A DNA stretch of 64,000 nt from a virus: positions 1 through 64,000 of IMG/VR virus record IMGVR_UViG_3300045921_000463; one strand, 5' to 3'. The notes under the pieces are model-generated. The model made no database searches, was not told where the DNA came from, and was given only the letters and a program-made list of their open reading frames with translations. How positions within the stretch are numbered: the stretch's first letter is position 1; each line of letters begins with the position of its first letter. The position numbers were made by a program, and so were the translations under genes. Shown here in pieces: positions 54,246-63,647 of the stretch.

Positions 54246-57200
54246 TATCTAACCATTCTGTTAAGGTCCGCCATGATCTGTGCGCGGCTTTGCCGAAAAC
54301 TTTCTGGATTCGGAGACTGTACATTGAAAACGACGGTCTGCGGCTGTCTGCTCGAAGTTAACAATTCCTTCAATATTGCGGCAGTGTCCGACCGTCCGAT
54401 TACTTGTGCTGGTCCGGTTACAATCTCCGGGCCGCGCTCGCCAACGATTCCGAACCGGTTCCTGCCGATGGTGCCGCCATTGTCATAGAACCCCGAAAAA
54501 GCTCTGAACAGACCACCAAACAGAGTTCTGAAAAGGCTTCTGCCCGCACCTGCGGGTTGTGTGCCTTGCATGGCGAGATTCAATACCTGTCCGAACTGAG
54601 TTCCAAAATCATTCAATAGCTGAATCAGGTTTTGCAGAAAATCATTGAATACCTGAGACATTCCTTGAACAAGCTGGTTCAGGGCATCGCTGATCGCTAT
54701 AACATGTTCTTGGAACGGCCCGGCGTATTGCGGCGCTGCGGCTGCTGCTGTTACGCCGCTGCCTGCGGGAATGCCGAAGATGCTGCCGAAAATTCTTGCG
54801 AATATCCCGGCACCGACCTGTGCGGCACCGGCACCTACAGGCGATACGCCTGCGGCAGTCCCGGATGCCATCATGCTAGACAAAGACATTGCAAACTCTT
54901 GTAGAATTCGTCTTGTAGCGTTCGTTATAAGCTCTCTGGTTGCATTAAGGAAAGTTTCTCTTAGCATTTCGAGGAAATCGCCTTGACCTGTAATCCAGCG
55001 TCCAACGGCATCCGACAAGCCGTCGAGTATGGTGACGCTATACTGCGCAACGTTATCTACCGTAGTGAGCAGGTCACGCTGATACTGCAACAATCCGGCC
55101 TGTATGCCTAGGAACACACGCTGCGACTCGCGATTTACTGTCATGGACAAGTTGCGCAACTGGTCTATCTGCATATCTATAGCGCGATTGCGACGTTCGA
55201 CCATTGCGGTGAATGTCTGTGTATAGGCAATCTCCGCGTCTCGCGCTGCCTCGACTTCTCTGATTATTTCCCGATATGCTTCCGCAAGTCTGTTCAATTC
55301 GAGGGGTTGTCCCTCGAAACGTTTGTTCAGGTCTTCGAGTTCGCGTTGCAGCCTTATGATCTGATATTCGTAACGACTGCGAATGTCGGCAACATCCAGT
55401 TCCAGCAGTATATCGACCCGAGTTCGAATATCGAATACCCCGGATTCAAGTTGTGCACGCTGAGCTTGCCTGCGTATACTCTCTATTTCTCTAAGCGCAT
55501 CCTCGAATTGGCGGCGAGCGCGCTTGGCTTCTTCTGCGGGGTCTCTGCCCCTACCCCCGCTGTTGCGACGGTTGAAACGATCTGTTGCAACCGTCGTTTG
55601 CGCTTCAAGTGCGGCTATCCCTGCGTTGATTGCATCTACGAGGTTTCGAGACGATTCTTCCAACGATTGGCGTATCTGATCCGCTACGTTATCAGTGATT
55701 GCGCCTGCTTGAAGCATTTCTGCAAGAATGGCATTAACAAGTAGCAGGTACTCGTTTCGTCTTGTTTCTGCAAAGGCAAATATGTCTTCGTAGCTCACAC
55801 CGGCATCGACCATTTCTTCGATGGCTTCGGCAAACCCGGTAAACGACAATGCCTCGCCAAGCGAGAGACCGGCAGCATCAAGGGTCAGATTGAGTGCTCT
55901 TGCAATTTCACCAGCGTCGATGCCTAGACGCCTGTTGAACAGGTTTATTTCTCCAAAGGCGGCCTGAATGCCCTTGGATTGTTCGTTCACCACGTCCCTT
56001 ACGATAGAAATAAGTCTGGAATTCTCGGAAAGACGAATAGAGCGAAGTTCTGTTTCAAGGTCTTCTGTAGCAGATGCCTGCGCTCTTGCAATCTGCAAGG
56101 CGAGTTCCCTCGCTCTGTCTCTTGCGGCAGCCCTTACTTCTGAAAAGTTCAATGCAAGCTGATTGATTTGATTGGCGGTAAGGTCGATCAGGCCGTCTCT
56201 GATCTGCTGAGGAATGGTTTGATCACGCCGCAGCCGTTCGAATACATCGCCTATTTGAAGAAACCCGGTTTCCCCGCTCTCAAAAGCTTCGATCAAGCCT
56301 TGTACGAGCGCGTTCTGGTTTTCCCGAAGATACGCGATTACAGATTCGCGCGCATCTTCCCGTATGAATCTGCGAGCCTCAGGAGAACGCTCGGTGATGA
56401 TGTCGTCGAAAAACTGGTTATAGCCTAGAGTCAGATTGTTAAGAGCATTGGCAAGCTCGGTATCGGCTTGCTGTACAAGAGTCTCAAGTTCTTCCATACG
56501 CTGTTGTCGGGCTGCGACAGCCGCTGCAAATACAGGATCACGCAACGCATCGCTTTGACGATCAAAACTTTGTCGAAGTCTATCGAGTTCTTCGACAAGT
56601 TGACTTTCCTGATTCTCTAGAGAATTTAGCTGAGACCTTCTTTCTTCGGTAAAGGTTCCCCCCTCCGACAGCAATCCGAATATGCTGTTACGAACATCTT
56701 GAAGGTTTTGTTCCACCTCTCTTATAGCGTTTCGGAAATTGGCAACAGGCATCCTGAAATCAGAGAAATTGGTCGAAAGCTCCGCGCGAAGATTTTCCAA
56801 CTCGTCAATCAGAATTTGCCGTTCTTCCCTGATGGAATTACGCAAGACAGAGATAGTAGCGTTCGAAAGATCGAGACCGGAACCCGGTCTGCCAGCGTAG
56901 AGGTTGTATGCGGCTTGCAGATCAAACTGCGCTGTTTCTATGCGCCGTCGAGAATCCGCCAGATTCATCAGGTTATTAAGCCTGACAAGATCATCGTAGG
57001 CGCCTTGCAGCGCCTCTCTGGAAGCTTCGCGGTTTTCCCGCCACCGCCTTGTGAGTTCGACAACACCCCAAATTACGCCACCCACTCCAAGCAGGGCAAG
57101 ACCTATTGCGCCAAAACCCGTTGCTGTAGCAACTGCGGCAGCCTTGGCCGTACCAAGGGCAGAAACAAAGGAGAGCAGGCGCGGCAATGCCGCCATTATG

Positions 57201-58525
57201 TTGAAACCGATAGCCTGAATAAATCCGATGAAGTTCAGACTCATGACACCCATAATGGCCGTTCTTGTAGCTCCGAGAGCGCCGACCAGTACGGTTGTGG
57301 ATGTAACCAGAGAAAAGACCGCCGCAACAGCCCTTGCAATAAAAGACACCAAGCCAAGAATGGAAACTCCAATGGACTTGATTATCGTGAAGGCAACCGT
57401 GGCTATCGCCACATAGGCGACCCACCGCACGATGTTTTCTCTTGTTGCTTCATCAAGTTCTCTAAATGCAACAACAGCATAACGAACATATCCGACAAAT
57501 TCCTGAATAACACCGGCACCGGCTCGACCTATTTCGATAAAGAAATCGTTGATAGCGTTTCGTGCCAGATTCATGGCACCATCGAACGTATTCAACTGCC
57601 TGACAAAAAGTTCGAACGCCCGGTTTGTTCCGGTAATGGATTCTCTCATGCGATCAAGCGAGCCGGACATGGCAGCCTCGATCAAGGCAATACCGCCTGC
57701 AACGCCCTCGACACCGAAAATGACGGAAAGATCGGACGTGGAGAGTCCGGCTCTTCCCAAATCTATGAGTATGTCTCTCAGATTTCGCAGCGAACCGTCT
57801 GCCTCGACAGTCTGTATGTTGAATTGGCGCATCAAGTCCCGTGCGGTACCAACCGGGCGGGCAAGACGAACATAGAGGTTGCGAAGCTGGGTACCGGCCT
57901 GCTCGCCTCGCAGACCTATGTTGTAAAGCTCGGCAAGCTGTGCGGTAACGTCTTCAAGACTTGCGCCCATTGCAGCCGCAGCAGGAGCCACCTGACGCAT
58001 CGAGAAAGCGATCTTGTCCAGAGTCGCTTGCGAGTTGGTAATTGCGGCTGCAAACACGTTTGAGAGGCGTGTGGTATCTGCGGCTTCGAGGCCAAAGGCC
58101 CTGATGTTGGAAGCAACGACATCCGCAGTAAAAGCCACGTCCATGAGGGTAGACTGCGAAAGCAGCAGCACGCCGTTCATGGCAGCCAGGGATTCTTCGA
58201 CACTGAAACCTGCGGATGCCAGAAAATAAAGAGCCGAAGCCGCTTCTGTAGCTGACGTAGAAGTAGCAAGTGCAAACTGCCGAACCGCCTGTTCCATCTG
58301 GCGAAACTGCTCGGCGGTTCCGCCAGCGACGGAGTTTGTCAGCACAAGCTGACGTTCGAACTCGCGAAAAACGCTTACTGTCTGCCCAAAAAGCGTAGCA
58401 CCGGATACAAGCGAGGCAAAGTTGAAAACTGCCTGTTGCAGTTGTTCATTGAGCGAACTGAACTGGTTAAAGCCCTGACCCGCGTTCCGACCCGCGTTCC
58501 GACCTGTGCTACCGGCCATAGTCAA
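54245..58525 (-). CDS. Tape measure protein (TP901-type N-terminus)
   Basis: 1426 aa, mostly helical; FLASAG, G.QAGT.LR, C-terminal GIVGERGPE and FRQSRAQI. Confidence 0.93.
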   Translation of the reverse strand: MTMAGSTGRNAGRNAGQGFNQFSSLNEQLQQAVFNFASLVSGATLFGQTVSVFREFERQLVLTNSVAGGTAEQFRQMEQAVRQFALATSTSATEAASALYFLASAGFSVEESLAAMNGVLLLSQSTLMDVAFTADVVASNIRAFGLEAADTTRLSNVFAAAITNSQATLDKIAFSMRQVAPAAAAMGASLEDVTAQLAELYNIGLRGEQAGTQLRNLYVRLARPVGTARDLMRQFNIQTVEADGSLRNLRDILIDLGRAGLSTSDLSVIFGVEGVAGGIALIEAAMSGSLDRMRESITGTNRAFELFVRQLNTFDGAMNLARNAINDFFIEIGRAGAGVIQEFVGYVRYAVVAFRELDEATRENIVRWVAYVAIATVAFTIIKSIGVSILGLVSFIARAVAAVFSLVTSTTVLVGALGATRTAIMGVMSLNFIGFIQAIGFNIMAALPRLLSFVSALGTAKAAAVATATGFGAIGLALLGVGGVIWGVVELTRRWRENREASREALQGAYDDLVRLNNLMNLADSRRRIETAQFDLQAAYNLYAGRPGSGLDLSNATISVLRNSIREERQILIDELENLRAELSTNFSDFRMPVANFRNAIREVEQNLQDVRNSIFGLLSEGGTFTEERRSQLNSLENQESQLVEELDRLRQSFDRQSDALRDPVFAAAVAARQQRMEELETLVQQADTELANALNNLTLGYNQFFDDIITERSPEARRFIREDARESVIAYLRENQNALVQGLIEAFESGETGFLQIGDVFERLRRDQTIPQQIRDGLIDLTANQINQLALNFSEVRAAARDRARELALQIARAQASATEDLETELRSIRLSENSRLISIVRDVVNEQSKGIQAAFGEINLFNRRLGIDAGEIARALNLTLDAAGLSLGEALSFTGFAEAIEEMVDAGVSYEDIFAFAETRRNEYLLLVNAILAEMLQAGAITDNVADQIRQSLEESSRNLVDAINAGIAALEAQTTVATDRFNRRNSGGRGRDPAEEAKRARRQFEDALREIESIRRQAQRAQLESGVFDIRTRVDILLELDVADIRSRYEYQIIRLQRELEDLNKRFEGQPLELNRLAEAYREIIREVEAARDAEIAYTQTFTAMVERRNRAIDMQIDQLRNLSMTVNRESQRVFLGIQAGLLQYQRDLLTTVDNVAQYSVTILDGLSDAVGRWITGQGDFLEMLRETFLNATRELITNATRRILQEFAMSLSSMMASGTAAGVSPVGAGAAQVGAGIFARIFGSIFGIPAGSGVTAAAAAPQYAGPFQEHVIAISDALNQLVQGMSQVFNDFLQNLIQLLNDFGTQFGQVLNLAMQGTQPAGAGRSLFRTLFGGLFRAFSGFYDNGGTIGRNRFGIVGERGPEIVTGPAQVIGRSDTAAILKELLTSSRQPQTVVFNVQSPNPESFRQSRAQIMADLNRMVR

Positions 58526-59013
58526 CCTCTCCCAAGTATCCTTGTCGGTTTTCTGGGTACATGTACCGGAGCCTGTGCATCTGGATTTACAACCTTTGGA
58601 TCAATCATGCCCTGATTGTCCACATAGGCTTCGGTAGGAGAAATTCGTGACCCGACTTTTCGTTTTTCGTTTTCCTGCAACTCTCTTTCGGCGTTGATCT
58701 TCAAACCAACCATCGCCATTATTGCAGGATAAAGGCAGGGTTGCGAACCTAGACCTCCGGGTTCTGGAAGTATACCCTTGTCATAGGCACTGTAGGCGAT
58801 GCTTACTTCATTCCACCAAAAACCGCCATCTTCCTTGATCGGATAGAGCGGGCATATGTCATCCCACTCTCCGTTGGCATGTTTCCAGTACCGGCCCTTG
58901 CTGCTGCTTACGCCGCATCCTCGTTCTCTTTGCTGCCGCTCGTCACAGCTTTTACAAGACCATCCAGAGAAGGCGGGTCTGAGGGTTGCCGCAACAGCCC
59001 TTCCAACTTTTTT
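58522..59013 (-). CDS. -1 frameshift extension of the tail assembly chaperone (GT-like)
   Basis: The -1 frame is open from A-AAA-AAG (59007-59013) to the stop at 58522; includes CKSC..C..C and GILPEPGG..QP. Confidence 0.85.
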   Translation of the reverse strand, partial: KKVGRAVAATLRPAFSGWSCKSCDERQQRERGCGVSSSKGRYWKHANGEWDDICPLYPIKEDGGFWWNEVSIAYSAYDKGILPEPGGLGSQPCLYPAIMAMVGLKINAERELQENEKRKVGSRISPTEAYVDNQGMIDPKVVNPDAQAPVHVPRKPTRILGRG

Positions 59014-59531
59014 TCGAGTTCGCTGGTCACTCCATTGATACGCAGGATTTCACCGGCAAGTTCGCGCACCACGTCGATATGCAGCATGTTGAGCGATTTT
59101 TCCGAAACAACCTTGCGTGGCTGTCCTGTTTCAGAAACGCCGGGAACAATTTCAAACGGAATTTGGTTGCCGTTTTCGTCGAGATAGTTTTCCCATCCGA
59201 GTAGGGCGCGTTTCACACACTCGTACATGCGCAATGTGTTCTGGTTTTTCATTCGCATGTTGCCTTCTCTGGTCTGCTCGATATTGCCGAGAAGGTCCGA
59301 AAGGAAAATCTTGTCGCTGTGGGCAAGGTTTCCGAGAATAAAGACAGTGGGTTCACCTGCTTCGTTGCGAACGGCGATTTCTACAGCCATGCGCTCCTGT
59401 TCGCCGATTTTATTGCCACCAATAGCGGCAAGACGTTTTTCGACCTCTGCTGAAATATTGTCAGGATGTGCAGGGTCATCCTTGAGAATGTAACGATGGC
59501 GCTCGGCCATCGAAAGTCCGCGAACTGCCAT
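58908..59531 (-). CDS. Tail assembly chaperone (G-like)
   Basis: Lies between tube and TMP; LLGWENY.D motif; ELEKK slippery site. Confidence 0.85.
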   Translation of the reverse strand: MAVRGLSMAERHRYILKDDPAHPDNISAEVEKRLAAIGGNKIGEQERMAVEIAVRNEAGEPTVFILGNLAHSDKIFLSDLLGNIEQTREGNMRMKNQNTLRMYECVKRALLGWENYLDENGNQIPFEIVPGVSETGQPRKVVSEKSLNMLHIDVVRELAGEILRINGVTSELEKKLEGLLRQPSDPPSLDGLVKAVTSGSKENEDAA

Positions 59532-59554
59532 AAGTGCTTCCTTTCCCGATGCTG

Positions 59555-59728
59555 CTATGGCGTTTCCTTGTCGGCTTGTAGCTTTATGACCTCTGCTCCT
59601 TCATAGCGAGCCGCGATTGTTTCGGCTGCCAGACGAGTGAGCTTCACATCAACTACGACGACATACTCTACCCCATCTTCCCTGTATTGTCCAGTTCTTT
59701 GCCTGACAAGATAGACGGGTATTTTCAT
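59555..59728 (-). CDS. hypothetical protein
   Basis: MKIPVYL start just after a TATAAC-type motif. Confidence 0.55.
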   Translation of the reverse strand: MKIPVYLVRQRTGQYREDGVEYVVVVDVKLTRLAAETIAARYEGAEVIKLQADKETP

Positions 59729-59815
59729 CGCTTGTAACCCGGTTATAAGAGAAAGGCGGCGCAATTCTGTGCGCCGCCTCGTTCCATCGTTGTACTACAT
59801 CTCCGAAAACCGGTA

Positions 59816-61393
59816 TCAGGTGATCGGGAAGGCGATTCTCAATTCGTCGTCGCCAAAAGGCGATACGGCGTTCAACCGAAAAGTTGGTTCCATAACCTGC
59901 GAACGGTTTCTGTCGGATAGGGAAATGCCGGTATAGGTAGTGTTGTCCATGTAGAACCTGACCATGTTGTTAAGCTGCGTTCCAACACGAAGATGAAGCG
60001 GTACTTCTTCGCCGCTTGAAAAGTCGCCCCACATGTTGGTGTATACTTCAAGCGTACCTTCGGGGTTGACGGTTGCAGTGGGCGAGCGACCGGAAACCTG
60101 AGAGCCGGAGTACCCGTCTGCGGCATTCATGCACAAGCGTTCGTTGATTTCGTTCGCATATGTGATCGTAAAGCTTTCGGCACAGAAATCCGAATCTCCA
60201 CGAATCGACATTTGCGCCAATTCCACTTTTGGCGGACGCGACAGTTCGTACCGCAAGTTCGGAGGAAGCGGCTGTTGCTCAGGCGGGTTATAGTTTCCGG
60301 TAAACTCGAATTGCGCAGAACCGTATTCTCCTGCGGTTCCGTTGAAGGTAACGGTGCCGAGAGCCGCAGTGCAGCGATACATTTGCCCGTCGATATAGAC
60401 ATGAATTGTCATCGTCGGCGTTTCTTCGCTGTCCGAGGTCGGGCGATACATGTACCCGGTTTCGTAAAGCTGGACAATCCACATCTGACCCTTTACGAGG
60501 CTTCCGGTCCACGTCATTGTCAACTGCGCGCCGGAATCTCCGAGAGGAATCTGTGTAGTGCCCGAGGTGACGGTAACAGGTGCCGCATTGCTGGCAAACG
60601 TCACAGTCACGACGTTGCTCGAAGCTGATGCAACCAACAAGGGATGCGGGTTGATCAACGCGGCAAGAGCCGTTGCAACGGCCTGATCCGGGTTGGGATC
60701 GCCTGCCATCGCCGCTGTCACACGAAGGCGGAACACATTACCTCCAACTACTGCGTAAAGCGTATCGCCCTCGGTGACGGTGCCGCCTACGGTAAAGGTG
60801 AGCGAAGTTTCGTTGGACATGTTCAGCGTCAGTGTAGTCTGCGCGTAGTAGTTTGTAACCGCTTCGTGCCTTGTATTCATCAGGACGGTGTTATCGGTGT
60901 CTGCCTGATTCCAGCGGAAAACCTGGACCTGAGCCGTTCCGGAAACACCGCCAGTAACAACTCTGAGGAGGTAGGAACCGAAGCGTTGCGTAGGTGCAGC
61001 AGTCTTTCCGAACGTAACACTCGGGCCATTGATCGTCCCTGCGATGATCGGGTTTTCGATCTGGTTGGCAGGACCAGCCGTGACAAGCGTTTCGCGCATC
61101 ATGCAGCCGTTGAGCAGGGTGCCCAACTTGGGGCGAGTTGCAGAATTGCCGCTGCCCTTGATTTCATGCGTAAAGGAAACCTTCATTACTTTGCGACCAA
61201 CCACAGCCGGAGTCGCCGAAAACGAAGGCCGGTAGATGTCGCGCTCAAGAAGCTGTGGTTCAAGGCCGATTTCGACGTTGCCGCAGAGAAATGCATCAAC
61301 AAGCGGATCGGGTGCCGAATCGACACCGCGAACAGCTTCGGGTTTGACCAGTACCGCTGTACGTTCGATAAAAACACGAGGTCCGTTGCTCAT
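59816..61393 (-). CDS. Tail tube (major tail) protein with a large internal insertion
   Basis: VLVKPE..G.D..P, HEIKGSG, GRSPT..NPE, DDEL.I; central T/G/V-rich insert. Confidence 0.8.
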   Translation of the reverse strand: MSNGPRVFIERTAVLVKPEAVRGVDSAPDPLVDAFLCGNVEIGLEPQLLERDIYRPSFSATPAVVGRKVMKVSFTHEIKGSGNSATRPKLGTLLNGCMMRETLVTAGPANQIENPIIAGTINGPSVTFGKTAAPTQRFGSYLLRVVTGGVSGTAQVQVFRWNQADTDNTVLMNTRHEAVTNYYAQTTLTLNMSNETSLTFTVGGTVTEGDTLYAVVGGNVFRLRVTAAMAGDPNPDQAVATALAALINPHPLLVASASSNVVTVTFASNAAPVTVTSGTTQIPLGDSGAQLTMTWTGSLVKGQMWIVQLYETGYMYRPTSDSEETPTMTIHVYIDGQMYRCTAALGTVTFNGTAGEYGSAQFEFTGNYNPPEQQPLPPNLRYELSRPPKVELAQMSIRGDSDFCAESFTITYANEINERLCMNAADGYSGSQVSGRSPTATVNPEGTLEVYTNMWGDFSSGEEVPLHLRVGTQLNNMVRFYMDNTTYTGISLSDRNRSQVMEPTFRLNAVSPFGDDELRIAFPIT

Positions 61394-61413
61394 GGTCGAT
61401 TCCTTTCAATGGG

Positions 61414-61920
61414 TCAGCCGGGATCGCCTGCACGTCTGTAAGGATCGTGTCTGGCGTGTTCGTATTCAACTACAAAGACAACTGTGCCACCGGGGTAGGC
61501 ATCCTTCGTGTTCAGGATGCGATGGGCGTTGCTGTCTTCTCTTATGTCGCGCAGATGAGGGTACTGATCGTGGTTTTCATGTAACGATAGAAAGGCAAAC
61601 TGTATCAAGCCCAGATAATACTTGAATACATCCAGTTCATCAACCCCCTTGGGAGCGTTAAAGCGAAAATGAACAAATACAGGTAGCTCCTTTATTGTGC
61701 AACCGCCGTACATTTCTATGTTGTTTTCCGTACCCTCGTCCAGTGAAGCAAAAGGTGCACCTCTGTTATCGAGGTCTTCAATATCTCCGACATAGACTTT
61801 TTGCCACACCGGAACCGGAGGGTTTCCGTCTGTCATGTTTTCCAGAGTTGATTTCAACCCGTCGATTATCTGTTGTCTTAAAGTTCGACCGCGTACTGAT
61901 GTTGTAATTGTGGTGGTCAT
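61414..61920 (-). CDS. Tail terminator-like protein
   Basis: Position before the tube gene; R.QII..LK..L start and VEYEH..DP end. Confidence 0.65.
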   Translation of the reverse strand: MTTTITTSVRGRTLRQQIIDGLKSTLENMTDGNPPVPVWQKVYVGDIEDLDNRGAPFASLDEGTENNIEMYGGCTIKELPVFVHFRFNAPKGVDELDVFKYYLGLIQFAFLSLHENHDQYPHLRDIREDSNAHRILNTKDAYPGGTVVFVVEYEHARHDPYRRAGDPG

Positions 61921-62585
61921 GTGAAAGAACCTCCGCCTTTAACATAGGCATCATTCACAAGCGAAACGCCAAGATTGCTTATGACGATATTCCCCCATTC
62001 AGTTGCAAGCGAGGGTAACTGGTTGTTCCATGCGTTCTGCGCCCACCCCTTGTGCTTGCGAAGCTGCACCTGATCAAGCAGCAGATATAGTACGGAAACC
62101 TTGCCGGAAGCGGTTTTTCTTGCGATATACAACTGCCCGGTTCTTTTGGATTTGTATACGAAGCTGCCGAGCATCTTCCAACTGCGCGCACTAGGAAGTT
62201 TTGGTGTGCCGTCTGCCCGCAAACCATCGAACACAGGTACGGTAAGGTATTTCGAATTTACGGGGGTTATGGTTGAACCGCGATCTTGAGCTATGAGATA
62301 CAAAGGAGCCGTTATATGACCCCTGAGATAGCGAATTCCGGTGCCGAACGCTTGCGCCCTTTTCCTTACCATTGCATACCCCCTTCCAGTCCTTTTTGGA
62401 AAGGAGCCGTCCTGATATGCGTTGTCCATCGCTTCATTTAGCGCATTTCTCAACGCTTCTCGCATCTGTCGCGCAATTACAGTCTGCAACTTGCGAGTAA
62501 CAGGAGACCTCGAAAGGGCAGACATCAGACCTGACGCCTCGCGCCCCAGGTCAACGTCAAGAAGTCTGGCGCGGCGCGAAGCCAT
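61917..62585 (-). CDS. Neck / tail-completion-like protein
   Basis: RTG, ITP..KYLTVP, LYLL..QV motifs; position in the module. Confidence 0.6.
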   Translation of the reverse strand: MASRRARLLDVDLGREASGLMSALSRSPVTRKLQTVIARQMREALRNALNEAMDNAYQDGSFPKRTGRGYAMVRKRAQAFGTGIRYLRGHITAPLYLIAQDRGSTITPVNSKYLTVPVFDGLRADGTPKLPSARSWKMLGSFVYKSKRTGQLYIARKTASGKVSVLYLLLDQVQLRKHKGWAQNAWNNQLPSLATEWGNIVISNLGVSLVNDAYVKGGGSFT

Positions 62586-63229
62586 CAGAACCCCGTCAAC
62601 GAACGCACATGAGGAGAAATCAGGCCGTGAACTTCACGGATAAACCCCGATCCTAGTATATCGAACGTCTTTCCGCCTGACTTGTCCTGATGGCGAGAAA
62701 AACCGATGGTTTCGTTTTTGGCGCGCGAGAACATGAAAGCCGCCTGCATTGCGCAGGCTTCGCGTATATCCTGACTGGCTAAAAAAAGGTCTGGATCGTT
62801 AGGGTCGGTTTCAAACCCTGCGTAATATTCTATTTTCAGTGCACGCGGCATTTGCGGAGCGTTATGCAATAACAAGGTTATAGAGTGGCTGTGCTCATCG
62901 ACCGCGAAATCGGATGGTTCGAAAACCAGATTCGAATGTATGGCAGACAAAGGCTCGTAGGTAATGACGGGTCTTGGTGTCGAACGCAGCGGGCGTTCCC
63001 TTGTAAATATCTTTTGCAGGCGCCGCTCTGGTTGAATTTGCCAGTTTATATTGGAAATATCAACGAAATCCACATATTTTCCGTAGAGCCAATTCCTGCG
63101 GGTAAATGAAACTATCTTGGCCGTAACCTGCTCGATGAACCTGATGATTTCCTGATCGGAACCAGCATATTGCATTGCAACATTGGCATAGGTTTTCACG
63201 TCATCGACAGTGCAGAAACGCTTGGCCAT
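62585..63229 (-). CDS. Head-tail adaptor (gp6-like)
   Basis: CTVDDVK, IEYYAG, DIREAC. Confidence 0.75.
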   Translation of the reverse strand: MAKRFCTVDDVKTYANVAMQYAGSDQEIIRFIEQVTAKIVSFTRRNWLYGKYVDFVDISNINWQIQPERRLQKIFTRERPLRSTPRPVITYEPLSAIHSNLVFEPSDFAVDEHSHSITLLLHNAPQMPRALKIEYYAGFETDPNDPDLFLASQDIREACAMQAAFMFSRAKNETIGFSRHQDKSGGKTFDILGSGFIREVHGLISPHVRSLTGF

Positions 63230-63238
63230 GACTGACTT

Positions 63239-63544
63239 CTAGATTTTTCGGATGGTTCTACGACCGCGAGACTCGCCAGCGGGTATTCTTTTTCTCTCGG
63301 AAGAATCGGATGTAGTCTGCATTGCAACGCCGCGCTCTACCATAAAGATGGGCTTTTCCACTTCCTCGTCGTCCGAATCCGTTACAATCTCATGAAGTTC
63401 CTCGCAGAGACGAATGATGTTTTCGTCGTCAACAAAACGCGGCTTGCCGCGCTCGAAAGTGTAGGAACCCTTTCTCCTGTCCATCGGATGGACGACGGAA
63501 TAGTTACGTCCGCGAACAAGAGTGATGGTTGCGCCTTTAGACAT
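63239..63544 (-). CDS. hypothetical protein following the capsid gene
   Basis: 101-aa ORF with GGAG RBS. Confidence 0.7.
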   Translation of the reverse strand: MSKGATITLVRGRNYSVVHPMDRRKGSYTFERGKPRFVDDENIIRLCEELHEIVTDSDDEEVEKPIFMVERGVAMQTTSDSSERKRIPAGESRGRRTIRKI

Positions 63545-63607
63545 CGGTACAATCTCCGCAATGTGTGATGGTTAGGTTTGAAGTGGTCGAAAAGGATAAC
63601 TGTAAAT

Positions 63608-63631
63608 GCAGGGGCGACAACGCGCCCCTGC
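63608..63631 (-). terminator. Hairpin after the major capsid gene
   Basis: GCAGGGGCG/CGCCCCTGC stem; short T tract. Confidence 0.6.
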
Positions 63632-63647
63632 TTGTTATACGGTGTTA

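Noticed and set aside
16703-61441. Long plus-strand ORFs (e.g. 16703..17749, 21050..21814, 36186..36974, 44928..45674, 50144..51082, 56699..58063, 60644..61441)
   Set aside because: They are antisense shadows of well-supported minus-strand genes with biased codons, and show no recognisable motifs.
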